Shown: piece by piece, positions 1 through 10,895 of the stretch
Layout: each line of letters opens with the position of its first letter
How positions within the stretch are numbered: position 1 is the first letter of the stretch
NCBI GenBank assembly: GCA_973895155.1
Contig: OZ316895.1
Coordinates: 23,262,558-23,326,557 of the forward strand
Reading direction: 5' to 3'
DNA from: Marsupella aquatica
Lineage: Eukaryota; Plantae; Marchantiophyta
DNA length: 64,000 bases
Program-made: the position numbers and the translations under genes
The notes under the pieces: model-generated
What the model saw: the letters and a program-made list of their open reading frames with translations, nothing else
What the model was told of the DNA's origin: nothing
Databases searched by the model: none

Positions 1-321
1 AGGTCGATTGCAAAGCTAAGATCGCAGATGACAAAGCAGCGAAAGAAGAATCAGCTGAAGGAGGACTATTGCGTTTCAGTTCTGGGGAAGAGTGAGCCAT
101 CTGTCCCATCCAAATCGGTCCTTGTTCGTCTCATTAAGGTCTTCCACATTCATCCCAAGGAGAAGAAGGGCTGGGGCTGCTTGGTAGACAACAACATCTT
201 TGAGATGTTGCAGGAGCATGTGAGCTCTGCTCCTATCACCAATGTTGTGTATCATTGGGCCGAGCATGTGCAGCAATTGCGTGCTCAGTTGCCCGTGGAT
301 CAAAAGTTGCATGCTTTGCAG
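1..321 (+). CDS. Possible coding exon or TE-derived ORF fragment entering from the left window edge; product unknown
   Basis: Frame 1 is open from base 1 (RSIAKLRSQMTKQRKK...QKLHALQ) with coding-like codon usage. It is followed by candidate donors CAG|GTCAAT (322), CAG|GTACTT (343) and CAG|GTAAGG (394). No domain recognised. Confidence 0.25.
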
Positions 322-3300
322 GTCAATTGTCGACTATTACAGGTACTTTTTCTGCTGAGAAATGTCGCTGCCCAGTCTGTCCAACCTTCAGCAGGTAAGG
401 AGAGTAGAGAACTCGTTGTTGCAGACGCCTTGGAGTTTTTTAGGAAGAAAAGGGAAATTCGGAGGAAAAGAAATCGATTTTGACCATGCCTATCCAGACC
501 ATGACGTTGAAAGGAGTGGGCAAGGGAGGCAAGATAGAGAAAGGGTAGCGGAGAGACCAAAAATTGAGAAAAGTACCAATAATAGAGAGGTGGATCCAAC
601 GAGATGGAAGACTACAGAGGGTCAAGGGGAGCCAAGAGAAATAACCACGTGACCCTGAGCCACCCCATACATGCAACAACCAAGTGAACCCAAAAAATGC
701 TAGCTCCTTAGATTGCTCTCCTATGCAGCCACTCCCCCACTCCCATAAACCCCAGTGCGACACAACAACCAGCCAAAAAGACAAAAGACCACAAGCAGCC
801 CCCAAAAAACTGCCTCTCCCCCTTTAGATGGACAGAAGGTAACCCTTCTAAAAATTAAAGAAAAAAACATTCCTTCCCTCTCTCCCTCATGCCATCCCCA
901 TTAGGTATGGAATGCAGGGTGTACCCTAGATAGCTTATACAACTCATACCAGATGTACTCAGTCTATCAATTAATTCCATTCCATATGCATTTTGCAAAA
1001 ATGTTGAAAGATTTTTAAGGAGAAATCAATTACTTTACACACTTTAGACTAAGGTCATAATCCCTGTTACAGGAGATAACAACCCCCATAACATGCCAAA
1101 GAAAAATGACCTGCAAACATCCTAACTGCCCAAATACCTGTTCTTTGAATGTGAATAGAGTTGAGGACAAAAAGTGCATCTTGCTTGCATTCCTCCATCA
1201 CTAGCTCCCCAGCACCACCCTGCACCAGCTACTTCTCAATTCCTGGCTTCAATGTCAATACCAACCGGTTGCTCCTCCTCCTCTCGGACAGGTTTCTCTG
1301 ATTGCCCAGTGTAATAAAGATTCTTGGGGTTTAGCCTGTTTTGAAGAAAACAAATACAGACCGGTTGCTCATTCAGCTAAAACTTGCATTCAATCCATCT
1401 AGTTCAGAGACTTGCAATCAATCTTAGTCATTGTATACTCACCCCAATGCCTCCTTGACATTTTCCATCCCCACCCTATTTTTTGTTTATTGCTTAGAGT
1501 CACAGTCTAGAGGCTCGCTCTAGACCATAGCCCTAAAAGTAGACTGCCATACGGATTTACTAAGATTGCCTTAAAGTGTGAAATTTTCCTAATGAAGCGC
1601 AATGCAAAACTACTTCTAGAGCTACCTTGTAGAGTGAAGCTTGTAGAGCATAATTCTCAATAAGGACAAATTGGAAAATGACTCTAAAAAGGACTAAATT
1701 GAAAGAGGACAAAAGTGTAAGTGCGAGAGGAAAAATTAAAAACAAAGATCATGATAGCAAAGACAAACAGAAAGTAGCATAGAATACTAACTTTCTTTTG
1801 CCAAAATTGTTTTGAATCTTCTTTTCTATTTACGTTCCTTGAAGGGGTAATCAGGCTAGCCCACCTTACTCACCGAGTATGGCTATGTGCTGTCTAAATT
1901 CTCTTTCTACTTTTTATCCTTGTCAACGAGGTACAATTTATCCTGGCATATACTTTTCTCCAATCGTCCTTTTATATTCCTTTGCATGCTACGGCTCTAG
2001 CAGTGTACTCTACATGATGTCACCTAGTAACGGTCTGATGGCTCTTTGCATTATCCATTCTGTCTTTTTCCTTTTTCTCGCGTCGACAACAAAGATGACA
2101 ACCCCCCCCCCCCCCCCCCAAAAGAAAAAAAATCCTTGGAATCTTTCTTGTATCACTGCCCTTGTATGCACTGTCAGCCTTTACAGGGTGAGACTCTGTC
2201 ATACTCGGTCATGCGACACCTGCTCTCCTCCCTCTAATGCCCTGTACCCATTTTCGTTGTGTACAGTCAGCCTTTCAAGAAAATCAACCCTTGCCACCAA
2301 CACCTCTTGCATTGTACTATCTTATAGTAATTGCTGATTTTGCCCAGAAAATAATGAGACTAGACTTTAGCTAGTGCTTGGGAATCTTGGAATACAATTA
2401 ACGTCATGTTTTAGGAATATTCTAAACATGGTTGTATGCAACTCTGTCTTCTAAAGTTAAAATGAATGTATTTATAGCTACACTGTGTTTTTTAAAGTAA
2501 AAATCGAATTTATTTATGACATTACTCTATAATTTGAAAAGAAAAATATTGACTTTCTGCCCAATGCGTGCACTACCCTGATCGTTCGATCAACTTCACG
2601 CTCGCCTTCATTTCTCAGTTTCCATCTATATCTTTTACCTGCCTGTTTATTATCCCTAAACTGTAAACATTCTGGACAAATTGCTTCTGATTACGTTGTG
2701 TTTTTATTCCCTTCATTTGATCGCTTTTACAGTGATCCCCTCCTCCCTCCCAAATTCGTCTTCTCTTCCATCTTTCCTGAACCTCTGCCTCCAATGAGTT
2801 TTGGATTCTCCCAGTTTACAAGAATGGGTCCATCTGATTCTCTCTCTCCTTCCACTCTGAAAATAGTTCCTTTGTTTCAAGCAACTTCCATCTCTTAGAA
2901 TACTAGGGAGGTAGCCTGGCCCGGGAAATCCATAGGAACAAGGTGCAAGAGAATTGCCAAGAATAGAGAGAACCATGCAACCCCCATGGACTGTGACACC
3001 CTTTACACCTTCACTTATGGACACAACAGACTTCTTGTTTTTGAAAGTTTTCTAACAGCAAAATTTGACCTTAAATTAATAGATCTCTAGTTAATAGATC
3101 TCTTGATATCCAATGGGATCAGCTCTTGCTGGGCTTGTTAGAAAGCACTTTTGTGAAGAATTGAGACAAGTGACAGTTTGCAAACTTTACTTAATCATTC
3201 ACTGTTCACACTTTGCACTTTTGAAAGTTTTTGAGTAGCTACTTATGGCATTCAATGTCTCCCCAATGGAGCAGGCTCTTTCCGGGCTTGCTAAAAGTGG

Positions 3301-3606
3301 CTTGGAAAGATGAAGTCTTAATATAGTCAAATTTAATTTAGAATTGACAGACATTATAATTTCACTCTCTGTGTAATTACCATCTGTACCATGTAAGCAC
3401 AAAAAGAGTGTTCCACTGCGGTTCATCCCGGATTCATCCTGGTTGCTTGTGAAAGTATCTTTGAGCATTTTGGCAAATTAATGTGGAGCTTTATCCAGAC
3501 TCAAGTATACTTTCACAAGCAGAAAAAGAGGGTTTGGCTGCAGTTCATCCCAATTGTATGCTGGCTGTTTGAATAAAATTCATTTGGTTTCCGGACTAAA
3601 AAATAG

Positions 3607-4405
3607 TGCCCCGCGACGGATCCCGACACATGGTGCACTAGTTGTACTCTTAATCAGCACGAAGACCTGGTTCACTGCGTATGGAGTTGCCCAGTCTCAG
3701 AATCGGTCTGGTCATGGGTCCAATACGTTCTACAGAAGGCGGCAACCACCAGCAACAGCAGAATTCAAATCCAATCGGCACACATTTTTGTTGGGGCTCC
3801 TCTGCCTGATTTTTGGGATGTACTAGGGAAATTATGGCATACCCTTCGGGCCATTACTTGCTGGTACATTTGGGAGGACCGCAACTCCCATTGCATTGAA
3901 CTTACTAGATCGAAGGCTAGGACAGTAATTCAGATGTCTTGGCATCGCCTCAGTGTGTACCTCCGTCAAGATTGGTCTAATCACAAGTCCAGAATTCAGT
4001 CTGGCAAGTCCTCTTTTGCAGATGCGTTCAATGACATGTCTGTCAACTATGGGACCTGGGCTGGGCTGTGAGATACTCCAAGTGCCACCAGTTCCCCCAC
4101 GCCCGCCATGAATCACCTCTGTGTTCAGGATGAGGAGCTTTGCTGCAGGTTAGGCCGATAGTGTTTTGCGACTCTATCACGGATCCACTGATGGATAACC
4201 TGTTCACTGGCCGGTCTTTGGGGGTTTTGCCACTCCTTTTGTAATTGTTAAATTTCTTGTTTAGCTTTGGGATTGCTTCTTCCCTGGTGCCAGTCTCCCC
4301 AGTTTTGGTGGCTTGGGTGCACCCCCTTTGTGGGCCACCCCCATTGTATGTTGGCTTTTTGAATGAAATTCAATTGGTTTTTTAGAGACAAAAAAAATTA
4401 AAAAA
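3607..4405 (+). mobile_element. 5'-truncated L1-clade LINE (ORF2 C-terminus with zf-RVT CCHC, 3' UTR, A-rich tail)
   Basis: Frame from 3613 reads ATDPDTWCTSCTLNQHEDLVHCVWSCP...W (Cx2C...E.x3.H.x4.C) and CWYIWEDRN (WxIWxxRN), both plant L1 ORF2 C-terminal motifs. Stop at 4069-4071, with a frameshifted PPVPPRPP* end. T-rich 3' UTR, A tract at about 4390-4405. Possible TSD TAAAAAATAG (3597-3606) / TAAAAAATTG (4399-4408). Confidence 0.85.
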
Positions 4406-4679
4406 TTGCTCCCCGGATTGCTAATTGAAGCCAGGGATTGCTAATTGAGTGTGTGTATAGTCAATCTCGAAAACATTTGAAAAATAATTCAACTAGCAAT
4501 TATTTTATTTTATTTTATTGGGCTGATTCAAATAGCGCTATTGTAATCGACCATAGAAGAAGAAGGGAGGGAGAATACAGAGCGATGCGAGAGTTACAGA
4601 GTAAGGAAACAACGAGGAATTGCGCAACAATTTTGCACCAGCTCGCACATTCGATTCTGCGAGAAGACAGCAGGCTTGG

Positions 4680-5327
4680 CCTGGATTGGACCAATTGATT
4701 GGACGAATTGATTGATTGATTGATTATTCATTCGGTTGACTCAGCTCGAAAGCTTACGTGGAGGGAGCGATGGGGTGTGATTGCTCCAGCTCTTCACAGA
4801 AAGCGTTTCTAGAATGAATGAAAATTTTAGGCCTAGGAGGAGAAGAAGAAGGAGGAGGAGGAGAAGCGCACTAATTGGATGAGAATTCGTTTCGGAGAAG
4901 AAAATACGACGGGCAGCAATCACGATTGTAGTAGAGCAGCCAGCTCCGCCCACGGATTGAAGGGGCGTCAGGAAGGCAACAGGCAAGGGCGGTAGCGGGA
5001 GGCTTCGGAGTATAAGTTGGCGGTGAATGTGCTCTGATTTTTGCCTTCGATTCAGTCTGCTGCTCTTGAGGGACCAAGGGAAGCACGAGATCTTTACTTG
5101 AATTGGAGCGTGGCTCCTCCCAAGAAGCAAGGAGAGGTGGGTGCGGCGGAGGAGCAAGCGGAGAAAGAAAGGAGTGACAGACCGGTACACTGATACGCGT
5201 TACGCATTTTGGTCTAGTTGGTTGGCTGTTTGTTTGGCCAGTCGCCTGGTTTCATGCTCTACCGATTTTGAGCAATTGGACTGTGGGGAGTGCTTGCAGG
5301 TTTGAGTTGTTCTGAATAGCAACGACT
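4680..5327 (+). promoter_or_regulatory. PEPCK promoter and GA-rich 5' leader with a probable 5'-UTR intron (5185-5299)
   Basis: (ATTG)n/ATTGG (reverse CCAAT) cluster at 4683-4725, purine-rich leader, CG|GTACAC donor at 5185 and TTGCAG|G acceptor at 5299, 28 nt before the ATG. Confidence 0.5.
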
Positions 5328-8300
5328 ATGGCTTCCAATGCCGATCACAGCAGCCTGCACAATGGCCCGAGCAACGGCTCTGATAACGGAGGCGCCTACA
5401 ATGGTCTCCATGGGCTGAGCAGAATCAATACCAAGGAAAGGCATTCGAACGACGTCTGCGCTGATGACAGCGTGCCGACGGTCAATGCCCAGAATGTCGA
5501 TGAGTTGCATTCTCTTCAGGTGAAGAAATCTGCTCCGAGCACTCCTAGGGGCGGAGCCACTCCAAAGGGGGGCCCAATGACTCCGAAGGGAGCTACGACG
5601 CCAAGATCGGAGGAGGAAGTGCAGAGACAGCAGATGGAATCGATCAGGTTAGCAGCGATTCTGTTTCCCTTTGCAGACCTGCTCGTTTGTTCTCAGGTGT
5701 ACACAGCTGCACCTCTTCTTGTTTTTGCATTGGAACCGTTTGTGTATCAAGCATCACTACTGTAGTACATAACATCACACACCGTAAGTGTGCAATCGCG
5801 TTGCTCTTTTCGCTTTATCATCTACTAGCGTAGGTAATGTGCGTGGCTACTTCCAAATTACATGCAGTTTAATAGCTGACTCTATTTAATTTCTCGGGCC
5901 GCTCTGTGTACTTCTAACAGCTCGTCTCTGGCGTCTCTAACTCGCGAGAGGGGACCTCAAGTTGTAAGGGGCGATCCCGCGAAGAGGAAGGATGTCGTAA
6001 AATCTGTCGTACCGGCAAGGCCGAACATCAGCGACAGCTCATTGAAATTTACGCATGTTCTTTACAACCTCTCTCCTGCAGGTGAACATCACCTGCTGCA
6101 GCACACGTGACACACTTCATACAATATTTCTGTTTAGTATGAAACCAATCTGTGTAGACACCATTCCTGCTTCCAGTGAGATTCAGTGTCAATATCATTT
6201 GAGTGATTCATACAAACGACTCACCCTTCGTTGCCTTTGTGACGTGTGAGAGAGAATCTGTGAATTCGGTGCTCTCTTGTCCTGTCCTAGCCGTAGCTGT
6301 GTCTAGAGAATAGATGAAATTCTCGACGTTCGCGACGCATCTGTCCATTCGCACTGTCTGATTAAATTTCGATGGAAACGTTTTTGCTCTACGTTTTGCA
6401 GAGCTCTATGAGCAGGCTCTGAAGTACGAGAAGGGTTCGTACATCACCTCGACAGGAGCTCTTGCCACTCTTTCGGGGGCGAAGACTGGCCGATCTCCGA
6501 AGGATAAACGTGTTGTCATTGAAGACACTTCTAAGAACGACGTGTGGTGGGGCAAGTAAGTGTCATTCCTCTGTTTCCGCCTGCTCATCAAAATTTACTC
6601 ATCTCTGGAGCGTCTTTGATTGAGTAAACACTCTGTTGCGTGGTCAGGTGCTTCTAATAGTTTTCACAATTTCATTCGACTCTCTTTTTCGGGACTGATT
6701 CCTGACCTGTTGCGGTGAACTGCAACAGGGGATCCCCGAACATCGAAATGGACGAGGAAACGTTTTTGATGAACAGGGAGCGGGCAGTTGATTATTTGAA
6801 TTCCTTGGAGAAGGTATTGATTTCTGCCTACTTGACTCGTTCTCGCTATCTACGAAATGCTGCTTATAATCCTACTTATATACTGGCGACCCTACTGGCG
6901 ACACTTCAGAATAGGCGCCTTGGAAGATTGTTCTGACTTTTTAATGTTCATTTCATGATCAGGTTTTCGTCAACGATCAGTATCTGAACTGGGATTCACA
7001 AAACAGGATGAAAGTGAGGATTGTTTCTGCGCGTGCCTACCATTCCCTGTTCATGCACAACATGTAAGCATCGACCCCTTCTCTAGTCGTTCGTACGAAC
7101 TAATTAGTTGTCGATACGTGAGTTACAGCAGTATCGTAAGTCAAGCTTTACGATATGGAGACTCTCGTTAGCACAAGCAGCTGCAATAGCTCAGGGCTCT
7201 GAAAATGTAACGACGCAGATGGTCCATGAATGACGGTATGTTGCGCTGGCTTCTATTTGCATTAAGACAATGAGTGGCAGGTGCATACGTCCCACTCCGG
7301 AAGAACTCGAGGATTTTGGGACTCCTGATTTTACTATCTACAATGCCGGTCAATTCCCCTGCAATCGATACACACACTACATGACTTCGTCAACTACCGT
7401 AGATATCAACTTGAAACGAAAAGAGATGGTGATCCTGGGGACGCAGTATGCTGGAGAGATGAAGAAGGGTCTCTTCAGTTTGATGCACTACTTGATGCCA
7501 AAGAAGGGCATCTTATCCTTACACTCAGGCTGCAATATGGGGAAAGGAGGGGACGTGGCGTTGTTTTTTGGTTTATCAGGTATTGTTAGTACAACGGTGA
7601 CCCTGTGTTTTGATACAGTGGTGGGATGAAATGTTGGAAAATCGGTGTTGACGAGATAACTGACGAAGTTGGGTGTCGGTGTTACTTCTACTGTGTTTTT
7701 CAGGAACTGGCAAAACAACACTGTCCACTGATTACAACAGATACTTGATCGGAGACGATGAACATTGTTGGGGTGAAAATGGCGTGTCGAATCTCGAGGG
7801 AGGATGTTACGCTAAATGCATTGGTCTCTCCCGCGAAATGGAGCCCGATATTTGGAACTCCATCAAGTTTGGAACAGGTACACACCCCCACGCTGCAGCT
7901 TCCTCGGTGATTTGATATGAGTTATCTTTTCTGAACCAGTAATGACCAGGAAAATCCCCGAATACAACTACTACACAGTCGATTTCAAAGAATCTCCATT
8001 TCCAGTGTGTTGTGACTGATGATTTCACACTATCATATCATTTTGGCAGTGTTGGAGAATGTTGTGTTTGACGGGCATACAAGAGAAGTTGACTACTCGG
8101 ATAAATCCGTCTCTGGTGAGTCTCCGCTTTCCGAGCTTGATGGCAGTCTTGGTCGAGGACACTCTTCCCAGCGCGGACTAGCAACCCCTCTCGTGGGGCG
8201 TTATTCTTAGTGCTTGCCTGGACCTGGGCGAGTTCAAATCTTAATCTATCGTGTCTTATCTGTGGGCTTGAATCTTTACAGAGAATACCAGGGCAGCATA

Positions 8301-9417
8301 CCCGATAGAGTTCATCCCCAATGCTAAGATTCCTTGCGTTGGACCTCATCCGAAGAACATCATTCTCCTGACTTGTGATGCGTTCGGAGTGTTGCCGCCT
8401 GTCAGCAAATTAACGCTGTCCCAAGCTATGTACCATTTCATCAGCGGATACACGGCAGTGGTAAGATCCGGAAGATTGAATTTCCAGTCAATCTCATCAT
8501 GAGTGGTCCGAAATCCTGTTTTTGCTGCCAATTGACGAATTATATGCCTCAGGGAAGGACAATAATTCTCGACATTAAAATTCATGTGGTTGCCGCAGGT
8601 TGCGGGTACAGAAGATGGTGTCAAGGAGCCGGCGTCCACTTTCTCTGCTTGCTTTGGAGCTGCATTTATCATGTGGCATCCAACAAAATATGCGTCAATG
8701 CTGGCTGACAAAATGAAGAAGCATAATTCTACTGCATGGTTGGTCAACACTGGTTGGTCTGGTGGCAGGTGCGCCCTATTGCTGTTCGAACTCTGTAAAC
8801 CAGTTTTGTTGTCTCCATGATCAATTTCGTCTGTTCAGATTCTTAAAAGGAGGTGCTCGTAGGTGTCGCAACACAGCAAAGACTGCATATAATGTACATG
8901 GTAACTGACGTCGTGGACTCTGTTTGTGCAGTTACGGTGTTGGTTCCCGGATGAAGTTGGCCTACACGAGGAGGATTATTGACGCTATACACGACGGGTC
9001 TCTTCTTGAGGTCACATATGAGAGCACGCCTATATTCAATCTGCAAGTACCCAGCCAAGTGAAGGGTGTGCCCCAAGAAATCCTGCATCCAGAGAACAGC
9101 GTAAGTTGTCCATATCTTTCAATGGCACGAGCACCGAAGGTTTTCTGTTCCTTGCTCTCGACAAAGATAGCAACCCTTCGTTTTATCTCGTTCCGCACAT
9201 ATTGTTCTCTTATGTACTCTGCCTTCGAGCTTTCGATTCATGGAGTTTGCCACCTTTGTTGTACTTGCAGTGGAAGGATAAAAAACTTTACAACGAGACC
9301 CTGAAGAAACTGGCAGGCATGTTTCAGAAAAATTTCCTGAACTTTCCGGACTATAACGCCGGAGGCGATCAGAAGCTGACGGAAGCAATAATTGCAGCTG
9401 GTCCTATCGTGGATTAA
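5328..9417 (+). CDS. PCK1: Phosphoenolpyruvate carboxykinase (ATP), 674 aa, 12 coding exons
   Basis: Exons 5328-5647, 5921-6081, 6402-6555, 6729-6813, 6963-7063, 7281-7579, 7704-7877, 8050-8115, 8282-8460, 8599-8768, 8932-9100, 9271-9417; all GT-AG; total 2025 nt, in frame. Motifs [28 protein letters not shown], Walker [56 protein letters not shown], plus the plant N-terminal extension (KKSAPSTP). Confidence 0.97.
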
Positions 9418-9718
9418 TTGAATGGGAACGATAGCACAGGAGACAGAAGACGCCATAGACCATGCCCAATACCGGCTGATGGCACGGGTAAATGTTGTCA
9501 TTTTGGGGGTCACCTTGCATAATTATGGTGTGGAGTCCCTACTTGTTCAGGACGGAGGACATTTTGGCAGTTTTGAATACTCGTTCTTGGCGAGCCATTT
9601 TTTGCATGTGCGTAGTTTACAACTGAAGAAGCGCTGGCGGAATTAGCGAGGGTCTTGAAGAAGAAGGGGGGAAGGGGGTAGGCAGTGATCTAAATCGGGG
9701 CAGGTTCAGTCCAATCAC

Positions 9719-10895
9719 TTACCTATATAAGTGAAAAGCATCACAGTTGTTTCCACGGCCCAAAATGATAATGACGAAAAGACATTCAGAGACATGGCTA
9801 TGATTCGGAGAAGATAATTATGTATCTCGTTGAGCAGGTGCTATTGTCAGTAGAAAGTCCGGGCAAGATGTCTTGCGGATGACGTCAACTTACAGCCAAA
9901 AAGGGAACATTCTCCAGCTGCCTTAATCGTCCGGGAGGCCTTGCCAGGGCAAGAAGTCAAGTCTCGTGTTTCGTGCACCAATTGAGAAACTCCGTCGCAA
10001 ATTCAGTGATAGACGAGGACAATGTACTGGATCGGCCCCAGAAGTGCCCGAGGAGCTATTGCAATTATTGGTTTTAGCAGGAATAAACCTCACATTTTCA
10101 AATGTTTGTACAAGCTACGAACATCAGATCATCTGGTCCGGATTCGAAGCACACTAAAAACTGATGCGCCCAAATGACGAGACTTGATTATCTCAACACC
10201 AGCAATCAACACAAAACACTATCAAGCTCCCTCGCTGGTGACATGGGAAGTAGCTTCAGAAGTCCATCCATTGCAGATTCCTGTCTTTCAGACTTGTAAA
10301 GGACCCAAGGACGCTCTCCGACAAATTCTGAACAGATCCTTGTTGCAGTATCTCACCGATCGGCCCTGTTGTTTTCAAAGTCAGCACACTGCCTTTGCGT
10401 GCATGCATCGCCCGATCCCATGTCACTACAACCCAGTCTTTAAGACTTAATTTACAATTGAACCTTCGAAGTGTTCACAATTTGACTTTGGATTCGGTTC
10501 AACGTAGTTAGAGTCCTTCACAGTCATTACCATAGAGCTTTATTGGTAAGTCGTGCACTGCATCTGCAGTTTCGGAGAACAAATCAGACCGTGACGATTC
10601 AATAGAAATTGTTTCCAGGGGAGCAATTATGGATCACATTTCCAAGACCGTCATCTTTGCAAATTAAGAGGCGTAGACTGAGAGCACCAGGAGTTCCTCT
10701 CTATCCATTCCCGAATCAAAAGTCAGGCATAGGATTCAATCCTACCAACGAGCTGAATTAATTTGTTCTTCCAAAATGTCTAGTAAGTTCTGCAAAAATA
10801 ATGCTTTCCAACACAAACGCCACATCCAAGTTCAGAAGGAAACTTAGGACACAGCGATAACATAGAAGCTCATGAAGTACACAACGGACCACCAT
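9719..10895 (-). CDS. Candidate novel micro-exon gene encoding a 64-aa Cys-containing microprotein
   Basis: Minus-strand coding pieces 10895-10890, 10789-10746, 10557-10531, 10425-10357, 10114-10094, 9917-9894, 9722-9719 (195 nt), all joined by GT-AG introns of 100-242 nt. Product MVNLLDILEEQINSARCARLTNKALCDMGSGDACTQRQCADFENNRADRLYKHLKIWRMFPFWL*. Upstream are a UTR exon ending CG|GTACGT at 11164, a TACTAAC branch site at about 10984-10990 and a TATA-like TTATTAAAA at 11229-11221. No homolog recognised. Confidence 0.5.
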
